NCBI GenBank assembly: GCA_963708775.1
Contig: CAVPTI010000021.1
Coordinates: forward strand, 18,251 to 82,250
Source of the DNA: an uncultured Alphaproteobacteria bacterium
GTDB lineage: Bacteria > Pseudomonadota > Alphaproteobacteria > Rhizobiales > Hyphomicrobiaceae
Reading direction: 5' to 3'
DNA: 64,000 nt
Part shown: piece after piece, positions 19,138 through 29,261 of the stretch
Layout of the letters: each line of letters starts with the position of its first letter
Position numbering within the stretch: position 1 is the first letter of the stretch
Position numbers and translations under genes: made by a program
Notes under the pieces: model-generated
The model's input: the letters and a program-made list of their open reading frames with translations, nothing else
Database searches by the model: none
Told to the model about the DNA's origin: nothing

Positions 19138-20706
19138 TTAGTTGTTACCAGGCTTGCTCATCACCGCTTCCATGACACGGTCGAGGTTGAAGCTGCCTGG
19201 CTTTTGGCGGGGCGGAAACTCTCTGAAGCTCTGCAGCCAGTTGCCAATGTAGGCTCCAGCCGGAGCGATCAGGAACATCCGGTCCATGTACCAGCGTTGG
19301 TATCCCATGGCATTTTCGTGTTCGGCGCGCTCGAACGGATCCATGCGCAGGTTAGTCAGCAAGGGCGCCCGGAGAACCTTGAAAGGATCTTGCCAGACGC
19401 GAAGGCCCTCCGCTTCCTGCTCGAGGAAAGTGACTTTCCAATTATTGTAGCGCAAGGCGGCGACGCTGCCGTCATCAGTCCAGTAGATGAACTCCTTACG
19501 CGGCCACTCCGCCTCGCCTTTCAGAGCCGGCCCTAGATCATAGCCGTCCAAGTGGACCTTGTAGGTTACGTCACCGATTTTACGTCCCGTCAGGAGATCT
19601 TCCTTCGCCGTCTTGTCTCCGGCGGCTGCGACCAGCGTCGTCAGCATGTCCTCATGTGCGCAAATGTCGTTGACTACTGTCCCGGGCTTGATCACCCCAG
19701 GCCATCTGATCACGGTCGGGACCCGATAGCCGCCCTCCCAGTTCGTGTTTTTTTCGCCTCGGAACATTGTGGTTCCGCCATCGGGCCAAGTGAAGGTCTC
19801 GGCACCATTGTCGGTCGAATACATGACGATCGTATTCTGATCGAGCCCAAGCTCCTTGAGCTTTGCGAGAACCTGCCCGACGTGTCCATCATGTTCAGCC
19901 ATGCCATCGGCATAGATGCCAAGTCCGGTTTTGCCGTCCGACTCTTTCTTCAAGTGCGTGAAGACATGCATGCGAGTGGAGTTCCACCACATGAAAAATG
20001 GCTTCTTGTCCTTTGCGGCGCGATCCATAAAGTCGAGCGCTTTGACCGTGACCTCTTCGTCAATCGTCTCCATGCGCTTGCGTGTCAGCGGGCCTGTATC
20101 GGTGATTTTGCCGTCTGCAAAACTATGAATGACGCCGCGAGGACCGAACTTCTTCTTGAATTCGGGATCCTTCGGATAATCCGGATTTTCCGGCTCTTCC
20201 TCGGCGTTGAGGTGATAAAGGTTGCCAAAGAACTCATCGAACCCGTGGTTGGTCGGCAGCATCTCGTCACGGTCGCCCAGGTGGTTCTTGCCGAATTGGC
20301 CCGTCAGATACCCTTGCGCCTTCAGAAGTGTCGCGATCGTCGGATCTTCTTTCTTCATGCCTTCAGGCGCGCCGGGAAGTCCGACTTTGGTGAGGCCTGT
20401 GCGAATGGGTGATTGTCCGGTGACGAAGGCGGCACGTCCTGCCGTGCAGCTCTGCTGCCCATACCAATCAGTAAACAGGGCGCCTTCGTTGGCAATGCTA
20501 TCGATATTTGGTGTCTTGTATCCCATCATGCCTCGGTTGTAGGCGCTGATGTTGAACTGGCCAATATCGTCGCCCCAAATCACGAGGATATTGGGCTTGT
20601 TTTGCGCCGAAGCTACGGATGCGCTGGCGGCGATGAGGAGCGCTGTTGTCGCCAAACGACAGGCTCTCCCATACCAACTGGAGTAAAATTTCACTGGTTT
20701 CTCCAC
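19138..20706 (-). CDS. Arylsulfatase (formylglycine-dependent sulfatase family), exported
   Basis: 522-aa ORF with signal LIAASASVASA. It has NILVIWGDDIG and the sulfatase signature SCTAGRAAFVTG (C-x-A-x-R), plus GKNHLGD and further sulfatase blocks. Confidence 0.9.
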   Translation of the reverse strand: MEKPVKFYSSWYGRACRLATTALLIAASASVASAQNKPNILVIWGDDIGQFNISAYNRGMMGYKTPNIDSIANEGALFTDWYGQQSCTAGRAAFVTGQSPIRTGLTKVGLPGAPEGMKKEDPTIATLLKAQGYLTGQFGKNHLGDRDEMLPTNHGFDEFFGNLYHLNAEEEPENPDYPKDPEFKKKFGPRGVIHSFADGKITDTGPLTRKRMETIDEEVTVKALDFMDRAAKDKKPFFMWWNSTRMHVFTHLKKESDGKTGLGIYADGMAEHDGHVGQVLAKLKELGLDQNTIVMYSTDNGAETFTWPDGGTTMFRGEKNTNWEGGYRVPTVIRWPGVIKPGTVVNDICAHEDMLTTLVAAAGDKTAKEDLLTGRKIGDVTYKVHLDGYDLGPALKGEAEWPRKEFIYWTDDGSVAALRYNNWKVTFLEQEAEGLRVWQDPFKVLRAPLLTNLRMDPFERAEHENAMGYQRWYMDRMFLIAPAGAYIGNWLQSFREFPPRQKPGSFNLDRVMEAVMSKPGNN

Positions 20707-20826
20707 TACTTCCGGCCGAAGCCATAAACGTCAATAACGAAAGCTGTCTCGAACTATGGAACGATCAGAGACTGTTTCAGCATATTCGACTGCCCCGGGA
20801 CAGATTGGCACAAATGGACCATTTCC

Positions 20827-21495
20827 ATGGCAAAAAGAGTGAAGCTCTATCCGCTTAATGAAGTTGGCTGGCTTGCAGAACAATCCAACGATTTTATCGA
20901 GTGGGCGGAGCAGGTAGGCCGTTGGAAGACCTTCAAAAAAGGACAATTCATCTATCATGCGGGCGACCGGTCTGATGGACTTTACGGTCTGGCATCTGGA
21001 AGCCTGCAAATGACATTCCCGCTTGTGGCGGAAGAGCCCGTTGTCATTTACCGCGCCGAGATAGGCTTCTGGATTGGCGACGCAGCGGAACTGACGAACC
21101 GTCCGCGGATGGTGACGCTGATGGCTGCTTCACAAGCGAAACTGCTTCATCTTCCAAGCTCTGCCATCAAAATACTGCTGGCCAATAAGCCCGAACAGTG
21201 GCGGTGTTTTTATCAGCTTAGCGCGTCGAATTTGCATGCGGCAGTTACCCAACTCGCTGAAGTGTTGGCGTTAACTGTAAGAGCACGCGTCTGCAGGCGC
21301 TTGCTTGCGCTTTCAGATCAAGACGGTTTTGCTGCAATCACGCAGGAAGAGCTCGCAAGATTGTTGGGTGTCGCCCGGCCAACTTTACGGCGATGCCTTG
21401 CCGATCTTGAAGCGCAAGGTGGGCTCGAGACGAACTATCGTAAGCTGCGCGTTCTCGATTCTTCTGTCTTGAATGCCTTCAAAAATGAGCAATGA
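20827..21495 (+). CDS. Crp/Fnr-family transcriptional regulator
   Basis: 222-aa ORF with a cNMP-binding-like beta-roll (FKKGQFIYHAGDRSDGLYGLASGSL) and a C-terminal HTH ITQEELARLLGVARPTLRRCLADLEAQG. Confidence 0.85.
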   Translation: MAKRVKLYPLNEVGWLAEQSNDFIEWAEQVGRWKTFKKGQFIYHAGDRSDGLYGLASGSLQMTFPLVAEEPVVIYRAEIGFWIGDAAELTNRPRMVTLMAASQAKLLHLPSSAIKILLANKPEQWRCFYQLSASNLHAAVTQLAEVLALTVRARVCRRLLALSDQDGFAAITQEELARLLGVARPTLRRCLADLEAQGGLETNYRKLRVLDSSVLNAFKNEQ

Positions 21496-21996
21496 GCCGC
21501 ATTCGTCCCTTTTGTAGCGCCTACCAAAACCGAGCGTTCATCTCAGCGGTTGGCTTTTTGCCCGCCGGCAACCGAAGAGGCGAACCTCCTCTTGGCACGT
21601 ATGTCGTTGCACCTCGCGATGCAGCAAATACACAATTTCGCCAGCGGCACAGGCCGAACGAGAATGCCGTGGTTGTCTCCTCATGGCCCTAAGGCGTAGT
21701 TGAGGTTTGGGCTCGCCACGGCTGCCGACAGTCTCACGCGCGACGACCCGCGCATCAGCTGACTTCGCGCGTGCGGGAGGGACATCAACCTTAGCGTCAG
21801 AGCCGACGGAGTAGCCTGGTCCGTTTTCTCAATAAGGAGGCGTTACTCTTTCGACTGCTCTTCACAAGGACCCTGCGGCTCAGGGGTTCCCGCTTGCTAA
21901 CCGCCTTCAGATGCTGCTTTCCATCAAAAGCGACCCTTCGCGTGCACCGCACAGCCGTCGCTTGATGCCGCCTTCGTTTCCCGCTTCCTGGCAAGC

Positions 21997-22905
21997 TCAC
22001 GTTACTCTTTGTTGCATGGCGTTGTTCCAACGATTGACCAACTCCCGAACTCCGTCTTGCCACGAAGGTAGTCGGAGAGAAAACGTTTCATCGAACTTCT
22101 TGTAATCCAAAGTGCAGTTTGGCGGACGTATCGTTAGCGTCGGGTATTGAGCTGTCGATATTGGTGTGACCCTTACCTTCTCCTTTTTCGCGTTCTCGAG
22201 GTTTTTGCATATTTCTTTGGCGAATTCGTACCACGTCGGACTTCCAGGTGCGGCGACGTGATAGATGCCCCACGCTTTATCGCCATGTGCTTCAGCAAGG
22301 AGGCGCCGCGCGAGTGCAAGCAGCAGTGTCGCGAAATGCGGCGCATAGGTTGGGTTGCCGCGTTGATCGTCAACGATGTCCAGCGGAGTATCACTCTTCG
22401 AAGCAAGATCTAAAACGCGGGTGAAGAAGTTGCGGCCTGTAGCGCTGTAAACCCATCCAGTGCGAACGATAATATGCTTCGCGTTTACTTGTCTTACGGC
22501 CTCCTCTCCCTCCAGCTTTGATTGCCCATAGATGGTGGTTGGCCGTGTCTCGTCCGTCTCGGCGTAGGGCGCCGATTTCATTCCGTCGAAGACATAGTGG
22601 GTCGATAGATGGATGATCGGCACGTTTCGACGAGCTGCGGCTTCCGCAAATCTCCGAGCCCCATCGCGGTTTAAGAGAAATGCAAGGTCGGGTTCGGTTT
22701 CCGCTTTGTCGACGGCAGTATACGCCGCAGTATTGATTACGAGATCCGGGCTGACGTCGGCAAAGGCCCGCTCGATAGAGCGCGGGTCGCGGACGTCGAG
22801 AGCAGGTCGCCCGATAGCAAACGCCTGAACGTCAGGTGATGACATCGCCTCATCAGCCAAGGCCCTCGCGATCTGGCCATGCCAGCCTGAAATAATTAGC
22901 CGCAT
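21997..22905 (-). CDS. rfbD: dTDP-4-dehydrorhamnose reductase
   Basis: From ATG 22905: MRLIISGWHGQIARAL..., VINTAAYTAVDKAE, STHYVFDG...PYAETD...IYGQSKLEGE (the YxxxK motif). No rmlA, rmlB or rmlC lies in the window. Confidence 0.85.
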   Translation of the reverse strand: MRLIISGWHGQIARALADEAMSSPDVQAFAIGRPALDVRDPRSIERAFADVSPDLVINTAAYTAVDKAETEPDLAFLLNRDGARRFAEAAARRNVPIIHLSTHYVFDGMKSAPYAETDETRPTTIYGQSKLEGEEAVRQVNAKHIIVRTGWVYSATGRNFFTRVLDLASKSDTPLDIVDDQRGNPTYAPHFATLLLALARRLLAEAHGDKAWGIYHVAAPGSPTWYEFAKEICKNLENAKKEKVRVTPISTAQYPTLTIRPPNCTLDYKKFDETFSLRLPSWQDGVRELVNRWNNAMQQRVT

Positions 22906-23024
22906 GGTTCCATGTGGTGCCGCACGTTTGTGACTATGTGGTGGCCGTCGATGGGTGGCCAGTTGCGGGATGGACAAAAAGCTGCAGGCCCTGTCGAGCG
23001 TGCATACGGAAAAAGCGCGTTCGA

Positions 23025-23279
23025 CTACTTCTTCTTAGCTCGCTTTCGATGCGATCTGGATGGCTCCTTGTTCTCCAGCCGGCGGCAAAAATCACTATTC
23101 GTTCCGCTTAAGCATCCATAGCGTTCGAGTAGTTCGGCATCACGGTCGCTTATCGGTCCCCCCGCTCTTGCATTTGCTCTCGCATGCTCGAGTTCCGCTG
23201 CCTCTCCAAGGCCGCCTGCTGTCGCCGGCGTCGCAAGGAAGAGCATGAGAAGGACTATAGTAGAAACGAAATTGTTCAT
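23025..23279 (-). CDS. Small exported hypothetical protein
   Basis: From MNNFVSTIVLLMLFLATPATA (signal) it is ~84 aa with a basic C-terminal tail. ORF-only evidence. Confidence 0.4.
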   Translation of the reverse strand: MNNFVSTIVLLMLFLATPATAGGLGEAAELEHARANARAGGPISDRDAELLERYGCLSGTNSDFCRRLENKEPSRSHRKRAKKK

Positions 23280-23672
23280 CGAGGCACCAGAGGATGATCG
23301 TAGGTCAACCTCTGTCCTATAGGAGTTCAATAAGCTTGGGTAGCGCACCGCTCGTTGCCGGTTCTCAAAGCCGGTGCAGACGACCGCCGAACCGCTGCGC
23401 GACAGGGCCGACCTTCAGATACATGGTACCACTGCGATAAGCGGCACCGGAACGACCTGCAGGGTGATGTCGTCGTCCCGGTGCCCAACCCAACGTCGTG
23501 CAGGGGACGTTGAGTATTGGAGCCGATTGCGCTGGTGCGTGGTGCTGGCAGTTGTCTAGCAAGCGCCCTGTAACGTCGGAGAGAGGTTACAATCAACGTC
23601 GTTCGCGGAGATAACATCGCGGTTGCCGTTTTTAACATCGTGTTAGCGGCAGACTTGCGATGGTCTTGCCGG

Positions 23673-24218
23673 CTAGCGGCCGCCGCCGGTGGCCCCAGCA
23701 CCAGGTTGTCCCCCGGCTCCGGGCCCAACCGGTCCAGGTGGCGGACGATCGGGCGGTGGAATATGGAGGGATCCTGCGCGCGCAATTTCGGTTGCCACCA
23801 ACTGGCAATCGCGATTTTCATCCAGAATGCGAAAGGCTGGATTTTCCTTCGCCGTCATTTCGACGTGCGACAGCGACCCGTTCTTGTCAGCATCGAAAAA
23901 GCTCAAATCGGCGACGACAAACATCCGATCGGTTTTCGCGATTGATGCAAATTCTACGGCTGAGATGGACTGGTTTCGATCGGCGTCGACTTCGGAAATG
24001 ATCATGCTGACATATCCATTCCACTCATCACACGTCACCGTCTCGTCTTTGTTCAAATCCCAACTGGCGACAGACATCAGATATGCCTTATCGGGACCTC
24101 CCGGTTGCTGCGGAACAATGGGGGAGTTCCAAACCCCGCAACCCGTGAGGGTGAAAAGACAAAGGGACAGTGATGCTCGAAGGGCTGCGCGAGGGGGTGC
24201 CGGCACAACGTGTGGCAC
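23673..24218 (-). CDS. EF-hand calcium-binding lipoprotein
   Basis: Lipobox LFTLTGC. Four EF-hand-like loops are present: DLNKDETVTCDE, DADRNQSISAVE, DADKNGSLSHVE and DENRDCQLVATE. The C-terminal tail is Pro/Gly-rich. Confidence 0.7.
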   Translation of the reverse strand: MPHVVPAPPRAALRASLSLCLFTLTGCGVWNSPIVPQQPGGPDKAYLMSVASWDLNKDETVTCDEWNGYVSMIISEVDADRNQSISAVEFASIAKTDRMFVVADLSFFDADKNGSLSHVEMTAKENPAFRILDENRDCQLVATEIARAGSLHIPPPDRPPPGPVGPGAGGQPGAGATGGGR

Positions 24219-24324
24219 GGTCGACTTGTCCCTGTGCCTTGATGAAAATCGTCCGCACCGGCTGAGTCTTCAACGGCGCAAAACCGATCCTTGAATACGC
24301 TGAAGGCCGGGGAACACTCTGTGT

Positions 24325-25777
24325 CTAGCGGCGCGGCAATGAAATTCTCACGCTGAGACCACCGCCGTCGCGGTTGAGCAAGTCGATCGTTCCGCCGTGG
24401 CTTTGAACAACGTCACGTGCAATGGTCAGTCCCAGACCGGCACCTGGTACGTTTTGCCCACGGGCGGGGTCAAGGCGCCGGAATGGCGCGAACGCGTCTT
24501 CCTTCCTATCGATCGGGATTCCTGGCCCCTCATCATCGACGGTGACCACCAGCGCGTCCGGTTCGACGGACAATCCGATATGTGCTGACGTCCCATACTT
24601 GATCGCATTGTCGACGACATTGCGAAAGGCTCGTTTGAGGGAGGTCGGATGCGCCATGGCCTCGACGTGGTTGGGTCCATCATATGTGCAACGGCGTCCT
24701 GCGTCGCATTCTTCATCCGCGAGGCTAATCAGGAGCGCAGCGACATCTGTTGATTGATTGGGTGCGATCCGCGCTTCACCGCTTGCGAATGCCAGAGTCG
24801 AATTCAATCATGGACTGCATATCGGCAATTTCAGCCAGCAGAGCAGACTTCTCATCGCCTTTGACGAGAGGCTCCGCCGCCAGCCTCAGTCGCGTCAGTG
24901 AGGATCGCAAATCATGCGAGATGGCTGCCAATATTTGTGTCCGATCATCGACAAAGCGCAGCAGACGCCGCTGCATATCTTCAAATGCCTTGGCCACTGA
25001 CGCGAATTCATGCAGGCCGTGCGTATCGACCTGGACGGGATCACGTGCGCTTCCGACCTGGTCCGCCGCCTTGACGAGGCGGTCGAGCGGCGCAACCAAG
25101 CGACGAGCCATAAATGTTGAAACGAGCGCAATGATAATGCCACCTGCCAACAGGGGCGCGAAGGGAAGATGTCCATGCGGGTTGCCTTCGTGGAATCCAA
25201 TGAGTTCAACGCCGAGCCACGTACGATCGCGCATTTCAACCCATATCCGGGTGCCAGCCAGAGCTAGAACTTCGGGTTCGTTAGGACCTACCGGCCCGGT
25301 TCCCAACTGCGAACGGATCGAGGCCGGTTCGATACTCACTTTCACAAGATCTAGAGGAAATCTATGGTTGAGGATGGATGCTGCGACGCGGATCTGTATG
25401 GCATTGGATGCCAACTTCTCGCTCAAGGTGGCGGCCAGTCGCGCCGCCAAGGGGGACGTGCTTTCATCAGCGTCTGATGCTGGCGGCGAGCGGGACCAGG
25501 TAAGGTGAAGCCCCGTCTCGGTAGCCAAGGCTTCGACGGCTCGAGGCCGCAATTGGATGGGCTTTGCTTGAATCTGCTCGACGATATAGGCCGTTTGCTC
25601 TGACAGCCATCTTGTCCCTGTCAGCCGAATTTCAGGATCAGAAAATAGCCGGAGTTGAACAAGTGCCTGCGTTTGAATGGCAACGAGTGACAAAATAAGG
25701 GTCATGGCAATACGGCGGCTCAGGCTTGGTCTTAGTAGCCATCCTGTTGTTGTGCCAGTGTCAGGAGCTTTCACCAT
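24325..25777 (-). pseudogene. EnvZ-type sensor histidine kinase, frame broken after the H-box
   Basis: ORF 24776-25777 carries two TM segments, a HAMP-like region and H-box AAISHDLRSSLTRLRL...EIADMQSMI. ORF 24325-24807 continues in another frame with STLAFASGE..., then N-box VVDNAIKYG, DDEGPGIP and GLGLTIARDVVQSHGG. The junction lies at 24776-24807. Confidence 0.8.
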
Positions 25778-26495
25778 CGGGCAGTGTGACCTCGGGCGTG
25801 AAAATGTAACCGCTGTTGCGAACAGTTTTGATAATTTGCGGAGTTTGAGGATCGACCTCCAGCTTACGCCGCAACCGCATCACTTGCACATCAATGGCCC
25901 GGTCCACACTCAAGCTGGCACGGCCTCGGGCAAGGTCCAGCAACTGATCGCGATTGAGGACAACGTTTGGATGTTCCACGAAGGCTTGCAGAAGATCAAA
26001 TTCTCCCGTTGTCAGATCGACGAGGGCACCTGACCGTGACGTTAGTGTACGGGCGCGAACATCGAGAAGCCAACCTGCAAAGCCGAACTGCGTGGCCCCT
26101 TTCTTTTCTTGTCCGAGAGCCTGCGCCCCCTTGCGTCGCAATACCACGCGGATGCGGGCGAGAAGCTCGCGAGGGCTGAACGGCTTGCAGACGTAGTCTT
26201 CAGCCCCGATTTCGAGACCAATGATGCGATCTGTTTCCGCGGCGATGGCCGTTAGAAGTATCACAGGGATTTTGGTTTCAGTTGCCATCCGGCGGCAAAT
26301 TGACAGTCCATCCTCGCCCGGCATCATCACGTCCAGAACAAGGAGATCGATGTGAGCGTTGGCGAGTTTCAACTGCATATCGTGGCCGTCGGCGGCCGCT
26401 GTCACGCGAACCCCCTGCTCGGTCAAATACTTCGCCAACCCAGATCTGATCTTAGGGTCATCATCGACGACCATGACGTGTGGATTGCGTGACAT
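25761..26495 (-). CDS. OmpR-family response regulator
   Basis: From ATG 26495: HVMVVDDDPKIR...DLLVLDVMMPGEDG...KPFSPRELLARI (receiver domain), then a winged-helix C-terminus (LTTGEFDLLQAF...VDVQVMRLRRKLE...IKTVRNSGYIF). It overlaps the kinase start by 17 nt. Confidence 0.85.
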   Translation of the reverse strand: MSRNPHVMVVDDDPKIRSGLAKYLTEQGVRVTAAADGHDMQLKLANAHIDLLVLDVMMPGEDGLSICRRMATETKIPVILLTAIAAETDRIIGLEIGAEDYVCKPFSPRELLARIRVVLRRKGAQALGQEKKGATQFGFAGWLLDVRARTLTSRSGALVDLTTGEFDLLQAFVEHPNVVLNRDQLLDLARGRASLSVDRAIDVQVMRLRRKLEVDPQTPQIIKTVRNSGYIFTPEVTLPDGESS

Positions 26496-26879
26496 TGAAC
26501 TTATATGACGTCCGGTGAACGGAGTGACAAGCCGCGGCATGTAACACTTTGTTGCATTCGACCGAGCCTTTCCTCGACTTGTTACACACTGTTACGAGAA
26601 TGGATGGACGGGTCATCGGCCCAGCCTGGAGGAGCGCTATGATTCCTCGGCATGAATAGTACAACCAAACCCAAACTGGTCACCCGCCCGGAAATCGTGG
26701 TCGGCATCGCTAAGCCGGCTCCACCGGCGAGCGAAACGCGAGGGTTTTCGACATCATCGGCGGTTATTGCCGGTGATGGCAGCCGTAGCATCCGGTCTCG
26801 GCTGCCATGGTGAGTGATGCCCCGTTGCTTCGCGATCTGGAGAGACAGATTTCCGTCAAGGACAGCGAGGTTATTTGTC

Positions 26880-27262
26880 ATGATAGCCACCAATCTTGAC
26901 CCCACCGCTTCGCGGGCTGTCCTCGTGGTCGACACCGATCTGGTCCGCGGTCTTTCCCTGCGCTTTGTCCTTGCCAAACACGGATACGACGTCGTGCAGG
27001 CCTTTAATGACGGCGTGGCTGAAACGTTAATTAAAAAGGGCTTTGTGCCGCCGTCGTTTGGCTGACGAGTAAACAATTTCAGTCGTCGCAAATAATTGAA
27101 AGCCTGCTGGAGCAACAAATTCCAGTCTTGGTTCTGTTGAGCAGCGACGCGCGATCATGTCAGCAGACCTATGCAGCCGCCGTGATTCAGCCTGGTAATT
27201 CCTCGATCCAAACCATTATGGCGCTCATTGGCGGAATGGCTACGCCTGAGTTGCGGAGTTAG
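26880..27262 (+). pseudogene. Degenerate single-domain receiver remnant
   Basis: GAGG lies before ATG 26880. AVLVVDTDLVRGLSLRFVLAKHGYDVVQAFNDGVAE looks like receiver beta1-alpha1-beta2. The frame stops at 27063-27065, and the receiver-like remainder (IPVLVLLSSD...AAAVIQPG...IMALI) continues in another frame to TAG 27260-27262. No clear phospho-acceptor Asp is visible. Confidence 0.35.
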
Positions 27263-29134
27263 CGCGTTGATCTATGTGATATCGAGACTGGCCGGCAGCC
27301 TTAAGTCTGTCCTCATTGGGGTGATCGCAACTGCTATCGTTTTGAGTTTCCCATCACCGGGTTTGGCGACGGGGCAAACGCTTGCCATCCAATGGCGCGT
27401 TGAAAATCCATTTCGCCTATTTCGCGATCCCGCGGACACTGAAGACATTGCAAGGGTCCGGCGTGGCCTCTCACCCCAGGACCAAAAGCGCCCCGTCCTT
27501 GCAGCAGAGCAGTCGATGGCAGAAGACAACATGCACGGCTGGGCGGAACACATTTACCGCAAGACATGCTGGTCGTCGTCGCAACTTCGCTACACATGCG
27601 ATGCGAAGTCAGCTTATGCAGATCCGCGAACTCACCGCGTCCTTGTCAGCCTGACCGCTCCGCCAAATGGCGTATGTACGTGGAGCGTACAAACGGATGA
27701 TGCTGGCGCCGCTGCGTCGACTGCAATCGTTTCCAAGCCGTGCTCCGGACACAGACGGTGCTCGAGATCCCTTATCCAAATGGAGCCGACGTTGTCGTGT
27801 CTCAGAGTGGCCGAGAACGCGCGCGGATCCGTATTCAAGTGCGGGATCTCTTCATCGTTGGCTTGGGCAATTCTTATGCGTCGGGTGATGGAAATCCGGA
27901 TCGTCCGGTCCGCTTTGATGACCGCAAATCGATCAGCTATGAAGCGGACGCCGGCGACAAGCTGACAGGTTACCCTGCCAGAGCCGGCGACTGGCGCTCG
28001 ATCAATTCGCTGAAGTTTACTCAAACTGACGCTGATTGGCTTGATACGCCGTGCCGCCGTTCGCTGTACGGGCATCAACTAAGGGCTGCCCTGCAATTAG
28101 CCCTCGAGGATCCCCACCGGGCTGTCACGTTTGCGAGCTTTGCGTGCTGGGGCGCACATATTGTCCAAGGCCTTTTCGTTCCGCAGAGCTCAAGCAAATT
28201 GCAGCCGGGTTTATCGCCCCGTTCACAGCTTTCCGATGTTGCGGCTCTTCAGTGTGGCACGCATGCGCCAGAAGCCCGGCACTGGCCAAGCACTTTTGAC
28301 CGAGGTGGGACGGTCCCAACATTGAAGGATCTGACCGTGTTGGTCTGCCCTCGGCGATTTGCGCGGCCGATTGATTTGTTGCTTTTGTCGGTTGGTGGAA
28401 ACGACATCGGCTTTTCCCAACTTGTCGCCGATGCGATTTTGGGCAACGAGCTCCCTTTTCGGCATCTGAGTGGCGTGGTCGGCATGACCATCGAAGCCAA
28501 TGAAGCGGAATCCCAGCTCAGCATTCTGCGCGAAAAGCTTTCGTCCCTCAACCGAGCGCTCAGACTTTTGCTTCACATCCCTTGGTCGCAGTCAGAGCGC
28601 ATCGTTTTGACCGGATATCCGCCGATATCTCTTATGGACCAATCTGCCGATACTTGCCCGTCTGGGCGTCAGGGCATGACCGTTATTCCAGGGTTCTCGC
28701 TCAATGCTCAGAAGGCGCGTTCGGCTGAACGAGTTGCTGAGTCGTTGCACCAGACCATGGCGAAGGCAGCCGGTCAGATGGGCTGGACGTTCGTTGACGC
28801 ATTCCGCCCTGAATTCGCTCGCCGTGGTTATTGTGCCGGCACATTTGGTGCACTGGCGAGCCCCTATGACGACGCCCGGCTTCCAAGATTGATCAATGCA
28901 GTATGGCGGCCATATGCGCCCTCACAGTGGCGTCCGTATGCACCGCGTGCGAGGTGGATCAGAAGCCCGAACGATGGATATCTAACGACGAACTTCCATG
29001 TTCCAGATGTCAGCCTCTCTCCCATGAACCTTATGCTCGCCAGCAGCTATTCGGGTAGCTTTCACCCGACGGCGGAAGGGCAGGCCGCCATGGCTGACGC
29101 AGTCGTCAGCAAGGCCCGTGTGTTACTGCATTGA
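27228..29134 (+). pseudogene. Exported SGNH/GDSL-type hydrolase with N-terminal extension, frame change near 27750
   Basis: Signal or anchor ISRLAGSLKSVLIGVIATAIVLSFPSPGLA (GTG 27276 or TTG 27228). ORF 27740-29134 carries SGNH block I FIVGLGNSYASGDGNP, block III LLSVGGNDIGF and block V GSFHPTAEGQ. The two ORFs overlap by 226 nt in different frames, which is best explained by one gene with an indel. Confidence 0.65.
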
Positions 29135-29261
29135 ACGTTTTACCGCTGGCATCAGAGCAATATGGGAGGGAAGTCGGTCATAGAACACTCTACTCTCAGA
29201 TAATTCATTGAAGCCGGCGCAATCTGAGGCGGGTCAGGCGAACTGGCCAGCACCAGTGGCG

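Noticed and set aside
19138-20706. Arylsulfatase signature reads C-T-A-G-R instead of C-x-P-x-R. EgtB's FGE-like domain was also considered as its maturase.
   Set aside because: Ala at the third position is within the accepted (C/S)-x-(P/A)-x-R consensus. EgtB is a dedicated sulfoxide synthase, is 5 kb away and sits in an unrelated operon.
21997-22905. A dTDP-rhamnose (rml) operon or O-antigen cluster.
   Set aside because: rmlD stands alone. The flanking 500-bp regions contain no glycosyltransferase or rmlABC genes.
26582-27118. 178-aa minus-strand ORF in the AT-richer gap upstream of the SGNH gene.
   Set aside because: It has no motifs or start context, and it overlaps the better-supported receiver-like frame on the plus strand.
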